The notes: generated by a model not told the origin, from the letters alone. 42,260 nucleotides of DNA from Thermoplasmata archaeon (GCA_034667685.1 JAXDQU010000101.1:1-42260); one strand, 5' to 3'; shown: positions 16,637 to 27,400, numbered from the stretch's first letter. Translations and numbers: made by a program.

Positions 16637-17884
16637 TCAACGGCGCCGGTTCGACCAATCCACGACGACCTCGCCGAGCTTCAGCACGCGCCACACGGGG
16701 TTCATGCCGAACTGGTAGGGAAGATAGCGGTGCGAGGGCGCGTCGAGGATCACGAGGTCGGCGAGCTGGCCTTCCTCGATGGTGCCGCGGTCGTCGCGCC
16801 CCACGGCCGCCGCCGCGTTGACGGTGGCCGCGCAGAGCGCCTCGCTGGGCGTCATGCGCATGCCGTGGCACGCGAGCGACATGACGAAGGGCATGCTCAT
16901 CGTGTAGCAGTTCGGGTTGCAGTCGGTGCCCAGCGCCACGAGCGCGTCGGCGTCGATCAGGGCGCGCGCGTTGGCGTAGGGCGCCGCGAGCGAGAGCGCG
17001 GTGGCGGGGAGGAGCACGCACGCGACGTCGGCGTCGGCGAGCGCCTTGCGCTCCTGGGCCCCGGCGTGCAGCAGGTGGTCCGCGCTCACGGCGCCAAGCT
17101 CGGCCGCCAGCAGCGAGCCGCCCGAGCGCGCCAGCTCGTCCGCGTGGACCTTCACGCGCATGCCCTCCTGCGCGCCGGCTTCCAGCACGAGGCGCGAGTC
17201 GTCCGGGTCGAAGACGCCCTGCTCGCAGAAGACGTCCACGAACTCCGCCAGGTCGCCCACCTCGGGCACCATCTTCTCGGCGACGTGGCGCGCGTATTCG
17301 TGCGCGTCGGAGAACTCGGGCGGGACCGCGTGCGCGCCCAGGAAGGTCGGCACGACGTCCATGGGGTGGCGCTCGTCCGCCACGCGGCAGACCTCCAGCA
17401 GGCGCTTCTCCGTCTCCAGGTCGAGGCCGTAGCCGCTCTTCACCTCGACGGTGGTCGTGCCGTACTCCATCATGCTCGACAGGCGTGACAGCAGGGACTT
17501 GAGCAGCTCCGCGCGGCTGGCCTCGCGCGTCAGGCGCACCGTGCGCAGGATGCCGCCGCCGGAGGCGAGGATCTCCTGGTACGTCGCCCCGGCCAGCTTC
17601 AGCGCCAGCTCGTCCACGCGGTCGCCCGCGAACACGGCGTGCGTGTGCGCGTCCACGAAGCCGGGCACGACGGCGCGTCCCCCGCAGTGGACCTTGCCCG
17701 CGCCGGTGGGTGCCTCGCGCAGCAGCTTCTCGCTGGGTCCCACCTCCTCGATCACGCCGTCCTCGATGAGCACCGCGGCGTCCGTCATGATCCCGAGGTC
17801 GCTCATCGCCTCCTTGCCGCGGCGCGGGCCGCCTTCGAGCGTGCACAGCTCGCCGATGTGGTGGAGGAGGAGGGTGTCCGGCAT
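16637..17884 (-). CDS. hutI: Imidazolonepropionase
   Basis: PGFVDAHTH, GGGI..TV, EVKSGYGL, FLGAH, DVFCE, HADEL, SADHL, TDCNP. Confidence 0.95.
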   Translation of the reverse strand: MPDTLLLHHIGELCTLEGGPRRGKEAMSDLGIMTDAAVLIEDGVIEEVGPSEKLLREAPTGAGKVHCGGRAVVPGFVDAHTHAVFAGDRVDELALKLAGATYQEILASGGGILRTVRLTREASRAELLKSLLSRLSSMMEYGTTTVEVKSGYGLDLETEKRLLEVCRVADERHPMDVVPTFLGAHAVPPEFSDAHEYARHVAEKMVPEVGDLAEFVDVFCEQGVFDPDDSRLVLEAGAQEGMRVKVHADELARSGGSLLAAELGAVSADHLLHAGAQERKALADADVACVLLPATALSLAAPYANARALIDADALVALGTDCNPNCYTMSMPFVMSLACHGMRMTPSEALCAATVNAAAAVGRDDRGTIEEGQLADLVILDAPSHRYLPYQFGMNPVWRVLKLGEVVVDWSNRRR

Positions 17885-17969
17885 GGGGGCGCGCCCACGA
17901 CCGGCCCTGGGCGCTATGGGGTTTGCGGGTGCCTCCGGGACGCGGACCGGGAGGCACCCGCGCGCCGGC

Positions 17970-18629
17970 CTACGCGAGGCCGGAGCCGACGTCGAGGGGC
18001 ACGACGCCCGCGGTGGGCTGCGTCGCGAGGTCGCCGGTGGCCTGCCACGTGGGGACGGAGTTCGTGGTGAAGGCCTGCTCGACGTGGACGTTGTTGGCGG
18101 CCGAGGACGCGCCGGGGCCGTAGAAGAGCGACGTGCTCTCGTACGTGAGGCCCTGGGACTCCTGCGTGGCGCGCGTGATCTGCACGTTGCCATTGTCCGA
18201 CGTGAAGGTCGAGTCCGCGTCGCTGTACGTGCGGAAGAGCGTGAGGCCGCTGGCGCTGCTGCACGGCGTCGCGATCGTCGGGTCGCTGACGAAATACTCC
18301 GAGAGCGTCCAGTGCGCGTCGGTGCGGGTGAGCACGAGGGCGGTATTGGACTGGCAGGCGCGACCGTGGGAGGTGGCGAAGAGCGTGCCGAACGCGATAC
18401 TGGAGCCCGAGTTGAGGATGCACGTCGCGTCATCGATGCAGGTTCCGCTGTTCGAGACGCAAATGGAGTCGTCGCACGTGCCGGAGTTCAGCACGCAGAC
18501 CGCGCCGTTCTTGCAGGTGCCGGAGTTGCCGACGCACGTGCTGTGATCGCAAACCGCGGCCGCGGGGGGCGCGATGATCACGAGGAGCGGGAGCACGAGA
18601 AGGCAGGAGAGAACGATGGCTGTTTTCAT
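17970..18629 (-). CDS. Secreted protein with four tandem C-x4/5-C-(V/I)xNSG(T/S) repeats
   Basis: Signal peptide MKTAIVL...PAAA; repeats at residues 27-76. Confidence 0.75.
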   Translation of the reverse strand: MKTAIVLSCLLVLPLLVIIAPPAAAVCDHSTCVGNSGTCKNGAVCVLNSGTCDDSICVSNSGTCIDDATCILNSGSSIAFGTLFATSHGRACQSNTALVLTRTDAHWTLSEYFVSDPTIATPCSSASGLTLFRTYSDADSTFTSDNGNVQITRATQESQGLTYESTSLFYGPGASSAANNVHVEQAFTTNSVPTWQATGDLATQPTAGVVPLDVGSGLA

Positions 18630-18733
18630 GTTGATTCATCCTCCGGGCGACCGCCGCCCGGCGGCGAAGCAACGCGCGAGCCAGGAATAGGTCGTGTAGC
18701 CGGCAGGTTTCTGGAGAATAACTGTGGATATTC

Positions 18734-19654
18734 TCAAAGCTCGGCCAACAGGGCTGTAACGGCCCACGCCGCGGCCCGGCTCGTCATCCCGTCGCGGTCG
18801 AGCGGCGGCGCGACCTCCATGAAGTCGGCGCCCACGAGCCGGCCCGAGGCGGCGATCTGCGCGACGGCCTGGAGCAGCGTCGCGGTGTCGACGCCGCCGG
18901 GCGTGGGGGCGCTCACGCCGGGCGCGTGGGCCTGGTCGAGCACGTCGAGGTCGACGCTCAGGTACACGCCGTCGGTGCCGCGCGCCGCGATGTCGATCGC
19001 GCGCAGGATCGCGCCCTTCGGATCGTCCATCCATGCGTCGGCGGAGATCAGCGTCGCGCCGGCCTTCTGCGCCTTGCGCTCGTAGGCCTCGGCGTTGGCG
19101 AAGCCGCGCAGGCCGACCTCGACGAGGTTCTCGCCGGGCACGAGGCCGAGGTCCAGGAGGCGGCCGAACGACGTGCCGCTGTTGGGCTGGCCGTGGAAGT
19201 CGCGCACGTCGAGGTGCGCGTCGAGGTTGATGACGCCCAGCTTCTGGCGCCGGCCCTCGTGCGCCTTCGCCAGGGGGAACGTCAGCGAGTGGTCGCCGCC
19301 CAGCGCGACGGGAAGATGGTCCTCGGCGAGCAAGGCGAGCGCGGCGCTCTCGGTGGCCTGGTGCGCGGCGCTGATATCGCCGTGCGGCAGGCGGACGTTG
19401 CCCGCGTCGTAGACGGTGCGCATGGGGCGCGGCTTGAGGCGCGCCATCTGCGCGCGGATTGCGTCGGGCCCTTCGCGGGCGCCGGGGCGGCCGAGCACCG
19501 CGCCGTCGAAGGGGACGCCGAAGAGCGCGATGGCGGGGGGCGCGTCGGGGCGGGGAAAGCCCTTCTCGATCACCTGCGCGACGAAGACGTCGTTCGGGTC
19601 GGAGGGCCGCGCGCTCCAGAGGTGCGCGGTGGAGGCGAACAGGTCGGCGCCCAT
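18734..19654 (-). CDS. hutG: Formimidoylglutamase (arginase family)
   Basis: GRPGAREGP, GGDHS, DAHLD, SGTSF, DLDVLD, SAPTPGG, EVAP; lies near hutI. Confidence 0.85.
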   Translation of the reverse strand: MGADLFASTAHLWSARPSDPNDVFVAQVIEKGFPRPDAPPAIALFGVPFDGAVLGRPGAREGPDAIRAQMARLKPRPMRTVYDAGNVRLPHGDISAAHQATESAALALLAEDHLPVALGGDHSLTFPLAKAHEGRRQKLGVINLDAHLDVRDFHGQPNSGTSFGRLLDLGLVPGENLVEVGLRGFANAEAYERKAQKAGATLISADAWMDDPKGAILRAIDIAARGTDGVYLSVDLDVLDQAHAPGVSAPTPGGVDTATLLQAVAQIAASGRLVGADFMEVAPPLDRDGMTSRAAAWAVTALLAEL

Positions 19655-19700
19655 TTGCGCCCCGCGACCGTGGCCGCGGGGCTTGGGCTTGTCGGCTCGC

Positions 19701-21299
19701 TCACTTGGACTTGGGGCCCCTCCCGTTGGGCCAGGGGTCCATCGCGTAGCCGCTGTCGCGGTCGGGGTAGACCGCGTCGAGGTGGTCGCAGAGCGCCTGG
19801 TCCACCTTGTTGACCACCGGGTCGTCGTGCGAGTGCAGCCAGGCGTAGGTGGCGAGGTCCCAGCCCGAGCTCGCCCAGCGGCCGCGGTCCTTCTCGTGCA
19901 TCGCGGCGACGCAGCCCGACGCGGGCGGGGGCGTGGGCGGCGGCGGAGGCGGCGGAGGGGGCGGAGGCGGGGGCGGCGGGACGACCTCGCCCGGCGCGGT
20001 GGTGAAGCTCCACGCATAGGGCGCCGCGAGGTGCGCGCCTTCCGCGCTCGTGGCGCCGGTGCCGACCGTGACCGTGTACGTGGTGCCGTGCTCCAGCGCG
20101 CGGTGGCCGCGCATCGTGATCGTGCTCCCGTCCCACGCGACCTTGAGGTCGCCGGGCAGCGCGGGCGTGACGCGGATCGCGGCCTCGACGCTGGCCTCGT
20201 CCATCGCGCGGTCGAAGACGACGACGAGGGGCTTGCCGGGCGGCACCTTGTCGCCCGTGGGCGCGACCGACACGACGCGCGGCGCGGGCGGAGGCGGTGG
20301 CGGCGCGGCGGGCGCGTGCGTGCGGAACGACCAGGCGAAGTCCGCGCCCATCGCGTTGCCCGCGAGGTCCGCGGCGCGGCCCGGCACGGTCGCCACGTAC
20401 GTCGCGTTCTGCGCGAGCGGCGCCGCGGGCCGGAGCGTCAGCGTCGTCCCGTTCCACGAGAGATTTCCAGCGACGTGCGGCGCGAGCGCGAGGTCCACGC
20501 TCGCCGGGTCCATGCTCTCGTTGAACGTGACGGAGATCGTGGCGTTCCACGCGACGTCCTGCCCCTCGGGGCCGTGGGCGAGGACGATGGGCGGCGTCAC
20601 GTCGGGCGGTGGCGGGAGCGGCGCGAGGACGAACGTGCCCGCGTCGTAGGCGCCGCGCGTCACGGCGTGGACGAGACCGGTCGCCAGGGCGTGATAGCCT
20701 TCCGCCGAGACGGTGGCCTCGTAAAGGAGATCGTAGTCGACGCCCGTGGGCGCGTTCGGGACCAGGAAGCGTCCGTCCGCGTCGGTCGTCGCGGCGGGGA
20801 GCGCCCATCCGAAGCGGTCGGAGAGCTGCGCGGCGGCGCCTTCAAGGGGCGAGCCATCCGGCGCCACGACGCGGCCCGTGACGTGGGAGCCGGCTTCGCG
20901 CACGTCGACCGTGATCGACGACCGCTGGCCGCTCGCGACGTGGACCTGCGCGAAGGTCGTCGGCTCCTGCGCCGAGGGCGAGCCGCTGCGGTCGAAGTCC
21001 GCGTACGCCTCCACGCGGTAGTCGCCCGCGGGCAGGTGGTCGAACGAGGGGGCGCCGGCGCCGTAGCCGTAACCATAGCCGTACCCGTACCCGTAGCCAT
21101 ACCCGTAGCCGTAGCCGTATCCGCCTTGCGTGGGGACAAGGCGCGCGGCGAGGAAGGGCGCGACGGCGGCCGGGTCGCGCGGCCCGTCGTAGCGGAGCGT
21201 GGCGTGGATCGACCCTTCGGCCGCGGCCGGGCCCAGCGTGAGCACGACGGCGGCGAGGAGGCTGGCGACGACGGCGGACGCTGCCCACGAAGTTCTCAT
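19701..21299 (-). CDS. Secreted surface protein: (YG)10 tract, carboxypeptidase-regulatory-like domain, two Big_5/SbsA-type Ig-like domains, Pro linkers
   Basis: Signal peptide; VTGRVV.PDGSPL...TDADGRF; DVTPP...VTFNESMD...DLAGN...WSF.T, and a second similar domain. Confidence 0.8.
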   Translation of the reverse strand: MRTSWAASAVVASLLAAVVLTLGPAAAEGSIHATLRYDGPRDPAAVAPFLAARLVPTQGGYGYGYGYGYGYGYGYGYGYGAGAPSFDHLPAGDYRVEAYADFDRSGSPSAQEPTTFAQVHVASGQRSSITVDVREAGSHVTGRVVAPDGSPLEGAAAQLSDRFGWALPAATTDADGRFLVPNAPTGVDYDLLYEATVSAEGYHALATGLVHAVTRGAYDAGTFVLAPLPPPPDVTPPIVLAHGPEGQDVAWNATISVTFNESMDPASVDLALAPHVAGNLSWNGTTLTLRPAAPLAQNATYVATVPGRAADLAGNAMGADFAWSFRTHAPAAPPPPPPAPRVVSVAPTGDKVPPGKPLVVVFDRAMDEASVEAAIRVTPALPGDLKVAWDGSTITMRGHRALEHGTTYTVTVGTGATSAEGAHLAAPYAWSFTTAPGEVVPPPPPPPPPPPPPPPTPPPASGCVAAMHEKDRGRWASSGWDLATYAWLHSHDDPVVNKVDQALCDHLDAVYPDRDSGYAMDPWPNGRGPKSK

Positions 21300-21361
21300 C
21301 GACGGCGGGCTTGGCAACGAGGGGTTATGAACTTCGGCCGAGCGACGTTGATGTAAGAATT

Positions 21362-21442
21362 ATGACGGCTGCATGACAAGCAACGCCTTGATTCCCGTCA
21401 TTTGGTCGGACTTGGTTCGGTTTCATCGGATTGAGTCGGACC
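21362..21442 (+). promoter_or_regulatory. Candidate structured 5' leader of the glycosylation operon
   Basis: ATGACGG/CCGTCAT stem, then an 18-bp hairpin at 21404-21442 with 5 G-U pairs. Confidence 0.4.
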
Positions 21443-21462
21443 GTGTGGGACCCGGTGTGACC

Positions 21463-22242
21463 ATGTTGGCCCCCTCGACGCGCCCCCTCGACAGGATCCG
21501 TCACCACGCGCCCGCGGCCCTCGACGCGCGCTGCGCCTTCAGCATCATCGTGCCCGCCTACAACGAGCAGGTGCTGCTTGAGGACGCCGTCGAGCGGACC
21601 GTCTCGCTGATGGGCGGGACGGAAGGCTACGAGATCGTCATCGTCGAGGACGGGTGCACCGACTACACGCCCGTCATCGCCGCGCAGCTCCGGCGCCGCT
21701 ACCCGCACGTGCAGCACATCCACAGCCGCGTGAGGCTCGGCAAGGGACGCGCGGTCGCGGAGGGCATGCGCGTGGCGCGCGGCGACGTCGTCGTGCTCAT
21801 GGACGCCGACATGGCGACCGATCCGCGCCACCTGCTCGACCACGTGCGGCGCGTCGAGATGGGCGAGGCCGACGTCATCGTGGGCTCGCGCTATCACCCC
21901 AAGAGCCAGACGCGGCGCGCGCCCCTCCGCCTGCTCTACAGCCGCGTCTACAACGCGGTCGCGCGCTGGCTGCTGCGCTCCACGATCCGCGACCACCAGT
22001 GCGGCTTCAAGGTCTTCGACAAGCGCGCGATGCGCAGCATCCTCCCCTTCGTCAAGGCGGACCGCTTCTTCTGGGACACCGAGGTCCTCGCCATCGCGCA
22101 GTGGTTCGGCTACCGCGTCAAGGAGGTGCCCATCGTCTGGCGCGAAGGCAAGGCCAGCAAGGTGCGCCTCTTCCGCACGCCCCTCGAGATGTTCGGCGCC
22201 TTGATCCTGCTCGCGGTCTCGCGGAGGTGGCGCGTCCCGTGA
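21463..22242 (+). CDS. GT2 glycosyltransferase (dolichol-phosphate sugar synthase-like)
   Basis: IIVPAYNE, EDGCTD, GKG.AV..G, MDAD, GSRY, DHQCGFK, WDTE. Confidence 0.92.
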   Translation: MLAPSTRPLDRIRHHAPAALDARCAFSIIVPAYNEQVLLEDAVERTVSLMGGTEGYEIVIVEDGCTDYTPVIAAQLRRRYPHVQHIHSRVRLGKGRAVAEGMRVARGDVVVLMDADMATDPRHLLDHVRRVEMGEADVIVGSRYHPKSQTRRAPLRLLYSRVYNAVARWLLRSTIRDHQCGFKVFDKRAMRSILPFVKADRFFWDTEVLAIAQWFGYRVKEVPIVWREGKASKVRLFRTPLEMFGALILLAVSRRWRVP

Positions 22243-23438
22243 AGGTGGGCATCGTCTCTCCCTACCCGCGCACCGACGACCCGCACGGCGAGGAGGGGCT
22301 GGGCGGCGTGGCGAGCTACGCCAAGAGCCTCGTCGCGCCGTTGCGCCGCCGCGCCGACCTCGTCGTCCTCTCGCCCCACGACGGAGCGCGCAGCCGCCGG
22401 CACGACGGCGACATGATGGTGCAGGACGTCCCGCGCTCGGGCCGCGCGCTCGCCGACGCGCTTGGCGAGCTGGGCGCCTCGGGCGTCGAGGCCGTCCACG
22501 TGCAGTTCGAGCAGCACCTCTATGGCGGCCCCGCCCAGAACCTCCGCCTCGCGCGCGCCCTGCGCAAGCTGCGCCGCCGCGCGGGCGTCGTCACGACGAT
22601 CCACCAGGTGCCCGACCTCGACGCGGTCGACCGCGCGTTCCTCAAGCAGAACGGGTTCCCGCCGCTCCCGGCGCTCGCGCGCGCGTGGATGCGCGTGCAG
22701 TACCGCGCGCTCGTCGCGGGCTCCGACCTCGTCATCGTGCACGAGGAGCGCCTCGCGAGCCGCCTCGCGTCGCAGTACGGCGCGCCCCCCGCGCGCGTTC
22801 GGGTCGTGCCGCACGGCGTGCCCGAGGTGGCGGACGCGCCGGGCGCCGACGAAGCGAAGGCGCGCATCGGCGCGAACGGCAAGACCGTGCTGCTCTATTT
22901 CGGCTTCATCACCGGCTACAAGGGCGTGGACCTGCTCGTGGGCGCGCTGGAGCGCCTGCCGCCCGAGACGCGCCAGGACGTCGTCGTCGTGATCGCCGGC
23001 AAGGCGCCCGAGCGCAAGATGGAGAAGGCCGCTTTCCGCGCCGAGGTCGAGTCGCTCGAAGCGCGCATCGCGGCGCTGGGCCCGTGGGTGCAGCGCAAGG
23101 GGTTCCTGACGCCCGAGGAGATCCGCCTCTACCTCGCCGCGTGCGACGTCGCGCTCTTCCCGTACCGCCAGGTCTTCGGCGCGAGCGGCCCGCTCGCCCT
23201 CGCCCTCGCGCAGGGGCGCCCGTTCCTGCTCTCGGACGCCTTCGCGGGCATGGGGTTCGACAAGCGCGCGCTCTTCCCGCGCTCGCCCGAGGGCATGGCC
23301 GCGAAGCTGCGCGAGTTCCTCCGCGACGACCGGCTGCGTGACGCCCTGCGAGCCCACGCCGCGCAGCTGCGCGAGGAGCGGCTCTGGCCGCGCGTGGCCG
23401 CGGCGACCTTCGATTGCTATCGCGAGGTGGGCGCGTGA
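22239..23438 (+). CDS. GT4 glycosyltransferase
   Basis: GGVASY, VVPHG, FGFITGYKG, FPY...ASGPL; GTGA overlap. Confidence 0.9.
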   Translation: MKVGIVSPYPRTDDPHGEEGLGGVASYAKSLVAPLRRRADLVVLSPHDGARSRRHDGDMMVQDVPRSGRALADALGELGASGVEAVHVQFEQHLYGGPAQNLRLARALRKLRRRAGVVTTIHQVPDLDAVDRAFLKQNGFPPLPALARAWMRVQYRALVAGSDLVIVHEERLASRLASQYGAPPARVRVVPHGVPEVADAPGADEAKARIGANGKTVLLYFGFITGYKGVDLLVGALERLPPETRQDVVVVIAGKAPERKMEKAAFRAEVESLEARIAALGPWVQRKGFLTPEEIRLYLAACDVALFPYRQVFGASGPLALALAQGRPFLLSDAFAGMGFDKRALFPRSPEGMAAKLREFLRDDRLRDALRAHAAQLREERLWPRVAAATFDCYREVGA

Positions 23439-24481
23439 GCCGCGTGCTGCTCCTGGGCGCCTACGGGCAGGACAACCTCGGCGACGAGGCGCTCCTCGAA
23501 GCCCACCTCCAGCAGCTCGCGGGCCACGAGATCACGGTCGCCTCGTCCGACCCCGCTGGCACCGCCGCGCGTTACCGCGTGCCCAGCGTGCCCACGTACG
23601 GCGCGGCGATGATGCGCGCGATGCAGCGCAGCGACCACGTCGTCTTCGGCGGCGGCAGCGTGCTCAAGGAGCTTCCCCCGCCGCACGCGCGCCACCGGCT
23701 GCTCGCGGGCATCGCGATGGCCGCGGCGCTGCGCGGGCCGCGCGTCGCGTTGAGCGCCGTGGGCGTGGAGCGCATCGCCACCGGCGCGGGGCGCGGGCTC
23801 GTCCGCTTCGCCGCGAAGAGGGCCGGCCTGCTCCACGTGCGCGACGCAGGATCGGCGCGCCTGCTCGCGGCGATGGGCGCCAAGCGCGAGGCGCGCGTCG
23901 TCGCCGACGCGGCGTTCCTCCTGGAGCCCACCTCGCCGGTGCGCACCGAGGGCCGTCCGCTCATCGTCCTCAACCCGATGCGCTCGGGCGAGGTCGACTG
24001 CCCGCGCGAGCGCGTCGTCGCGTCGTTCGCGGCCCTCGCGCGGCACGCGGCGCGAGCCCACGACGCGCGCGTGGTCGCGATGCCGTTCAAGACGTCGGGC
24101 CGGGACGAGGACGTCTCGCTCGCGGCGGCGCTGGGCGTCGAGGTCCTGCCCGCGCAGCGCCCCTCCGAGGCGCTCGCCACGCTGGCGCAGGCGGACCTCT
24201 TCGTGGGCATGCGCCACCACGGCGTCCTCCTGGCGCTCCACGCCGGCACGCCCGCGCTCGCGATCCCCTACGCGCCCAAGACGCGCCACCTCGTCGACGA
24301 GATGGGCCTCGCGGAGCACGCGCTCGACGCGCGCGACCTCACGCCGGAGCGCCTCGTCGCGGCGTTCGACCACGCGATGACGGAGCGCGCCGCGATCCTC
24401 CGCGCGGCCCAGGCGCCCCTGCGCGAGCAGCGCGCCCGCGCCCGCGAGAACTTCGACCTCCTGCGGGAGCGCCTCGCGTGA
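23435..24481 (+). CDS. Polysaccharide pyruvyl transferase (CsaB/WcaK family)
   Basis: GAYGQDNLGDEA, GGGS, VRD..S, AD.AF, GMRHHG, Y.PK. Confidence 0.9.
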   Translation: MSRVLLLGAYGQDNLGDEALLEAHLQQLAGHEITVASSDPAGTAARYRVPSVPTYGAAMMRAMQRSDHVVFGGGSVLKELPPPHARHRLLAGIAMAAALRGPRVALSAVGVERIATGAGRGLVRFAAKRAGLLHVRDAGSARLLAAMGAKREARVVADAAFLLEPTSPVRTEGRPLIVLNPMRSGEVDCPRERVVASFAALARHAARAHDARVVAMPFKTSGRDEDVSLAAALGVEVLPAQRPSEALATLAQADLFVGMRHHGVLLALHAGTPALAIPYAPKTRHLVDEMGLAEHALDARDLTPERLVAAFDHAMTERAAILRAAQAPLREQRARARENFDLLRERLA

Positions 24482-27400
24482 GCCTCGCCCGCCGCTCCCT
24501 CCCCTACGCCCTGCTCATGGGCGCCGCCCTCGCCGCCGCGTGGCCGATCCTGCGCCTCAAGGGGATGCCGTACGACGTCGACATCAGCGGCTTCTTCCCG
24601 CTCTCGCCCGAGGCGTACCAGGGGCGCTTCTGGCCGCTCTGGAACGAGCGCGGCGGCATGAGCGCGGCGCAGTTCCTCCCCGCGCTCGCCTTCGAGGCGC
24701 CGCTGCTGCTCCTGGGCAGCGTCTTCGGCTGGAGCATGGAGATCCACCTCAAGGTCCGCATCGTGCTGGGCTTCGCCATCGCGGGATGCGCGATGTACGC
24801 GCTCGCCAAGCATTACCTCGCGCGGCGGGCGCCCCAGGCGCCCGCCGTCGCCGTGACGATCGCTTGCTTCGCCGCGGCGCTCCTCTACATGCTCAACCCG
24901 TGGTCGGTCCATCGGATCTTCCACTACTTCCTCTGGATCGGCTACGCGATGGCGCCCCTCGTGGTGCTCGCGTTCGAGCGCCTCGCGGACGCGCCCTCGT
25001 GGCGCCGCGCGCTGGCGCTGGCAGGCGTGACCGCGCTCGCGACGACCGACCCGCACAACCCGTTCCTGCTCGCCATCCTCGTCGCGCCGCTCGCGCTGGT
25101 CCGCTTCGCCCCGCTGCTCTGGCGCGACCGCCCGGCCGCGCTCCGCCTCCTGCGCGGGCTCGGCCTCGCCGCGGGCGCCTACCTCGCCTTCGCCGCGTAC
25201 TGGATCCTGCCGTACGCGTACAATGCGCTCCACAATCCCGGCTTCGGGCCGACGTACGTCATGAGCCAGGAGATGCTCGACACGCTCAGCCGCCACGGGA
25301 GCTTCCTGGAGGCGCTCCGGTTCCTCAACAACTACCTCCCGCGCGGCGACCTGTGGCCGCAGGGCGGCGCCGCGTTCGAGGCATGGGCCGTGGCGAGCTT
25401 CCTCGTCCCGATCCTCGCGGGCCTCGCGCTCCTGGTCGACCGCTCGCGCGTCGCGTGGACGTACGCCCTCCTCGCGGCCGCGATGGTCTTCCTGGGCATG
25501 GGCACGCACGGCCCATTCCCCGGCGCGTACCGCTGGCTCATCTTCGGCGCGCCCTGGGGCGAAGGACTCTCGTGGCTCTTCCGCGACCCGTACCGCTGGG
25601 GCGGCATCCAGGCGCTCGCCTACTCCGTCCTGCTATCGTTGTCCCTCGGGGCGCTCGGCGCGGCGCTGACGCGGCTCAAGGTCCCCGCCGCCGCGCCCGC
25701 GATCGGCCTCGCCGCGGTGCTCGTCTTCTCGGGGCCGGCGCTCGCCTCCTACACGACGGGGCCGTTCGCGCCCATCCAGGTCCCGCACGAGTACGCGCAG
25801 GCCAACGCCGCCCTCGCGGCCGCGCCCGCCGACGCGAGCGTCGTCTGGATGCCGCGCATGCTCGGCACGACGACGTGGAGCGGCGATCGGACGATGGAGT
25901 ACTTCGACGCGACGTCGAGCGCGCGCCCCGCGCTGGGCCCGTTCCGCCCCGACACGAGCGCGTACTTCGACTTCCTGGGCGACGCGATCAAGGACGGCGC
26001 GCAGGTGGCGCCGCTCCTGGCGCGCGCGGGCGCCGACCGCATCGTCTACCACAACGACGTGGACACCGTCGGGGGCGCCCGCGCGATCGCGCAGATCGAC
26101 GCGGAGGGGCTCAACCAGACCGCGCGCTTCGGCGACTCGCCCACGCTCGTCCTCGACGCCTCCGGCAGCGCGCCCGCGTTCACGCCCGCCGCGCGCTTCG
26201 CCCTCTACGGCGAGCGCAACCTCACGCAGGCGTTCACGCCGCGCGCCACGCGCTTCGCGCAGCTCTCGCTCCGCCTCGCGGTCGTGGGCGCGCCCGGCCC
26301 GCTGCGCGTGAGCATCGCCGACGCGAACGGCACGAGCGTCTTCGTGGCGAACGCCTCGGTCGCCCCGAAGGCGCGCAGCCTCGACGTGCCGCTGCGCGGG
26401 CTCGCGCTCGACCCGGGCGCCGTCTACGCGCTGCGGCTCGACGCGGGCGGCGACGCCACCGACCGGTACGACGTCTCGTACTACACCGTGGACACGTACG
26501 CGGACGGCGCGCTATCAGGCACGCAGGGCGACCTCGCCTTCGACCTCTTCGCCGACACACGTGGCTTCGCCGTCGAGCTCGTCACCCCGACCGCCGCGCC
26601 CCGCGCGCGCCTCGCCGCCACGCCACTCGCCTCGCCCAGCGACCTCCAGCTCCTGCGCGCGGTCGAGACGCTCCCCGCGGAAGGCGCGCTGCGCGACGCG
26701 CCCATCGCGTTCGTCGACGCGGACCGCGCGGCCCGAGACGCCTTCGCGCGGCAGGACGCCCCGTGGGGCTGGATCGGCGCCTTCGACGAGGGGAACGTCT
26801 CGCCCCTCGTGCCGTTCCTCCCGCCATCCGCGTTCGTCACGGCCTTTGATAGCACGAGCAACGCCGACACGAAGGACGGCTGGGCGCGCGGCACGCAGGA
26901 CTTCTCGTACTACGGCCTGGGCTGGCAGAACGTCGTGGGCGCCGCGGGCGACGAGAGCTGGGGATCCGACGGCGGCGACGGGCTCGTCTACGCCACGACC
27001 CCGGCCAACCTCACCATCCACGTCAAGCCGCTCGACGCCCCCGGCGTGCTCCTCGCGCGCGTCTACGTGAGCCCCGACGGCGGGCCGCTCACGTTCCACG
27101 CCGGAGAAAACTCCCTCGCGCTGGACACCGCCGCGCCCCGCGCGCGCCTCGTCTGGGTCGAGGTCGGCCGCGTGGCCGCCGGCGCGACGAGCCTCCAGCT
27201 CCAGGACTTGCATGGCCTCCAGGGCGTGGACGCCCTCGCGCTCGTGGATGATGCGACCTTCGCGGCCGCGGGCCGAGCCTCCGCGGAGCGCATGGCGAAC
27301 GCGCCCACGACGCTCGTCGCGCAGGCCGAGACGATCCCCGCGCTGGCCAACCAGACCGTCGCGCTCGTGGGCGTGGGGCGCGTGTCCACGCTGGCCGGCG

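Noticed and set aside
19925-19980. GGC/GGA-rich run as a DNA repeat or G-quadruplex element
   Set aside because: Explained by the poly-proline linker of the minus-strand surface protein.
21373-21462. N-terminal extension of the GT2 gene from ATG 21373
   Set aside because: AT-richer, structured sequence with atypical codons; ATG 21463 has an SD-like GGTG.
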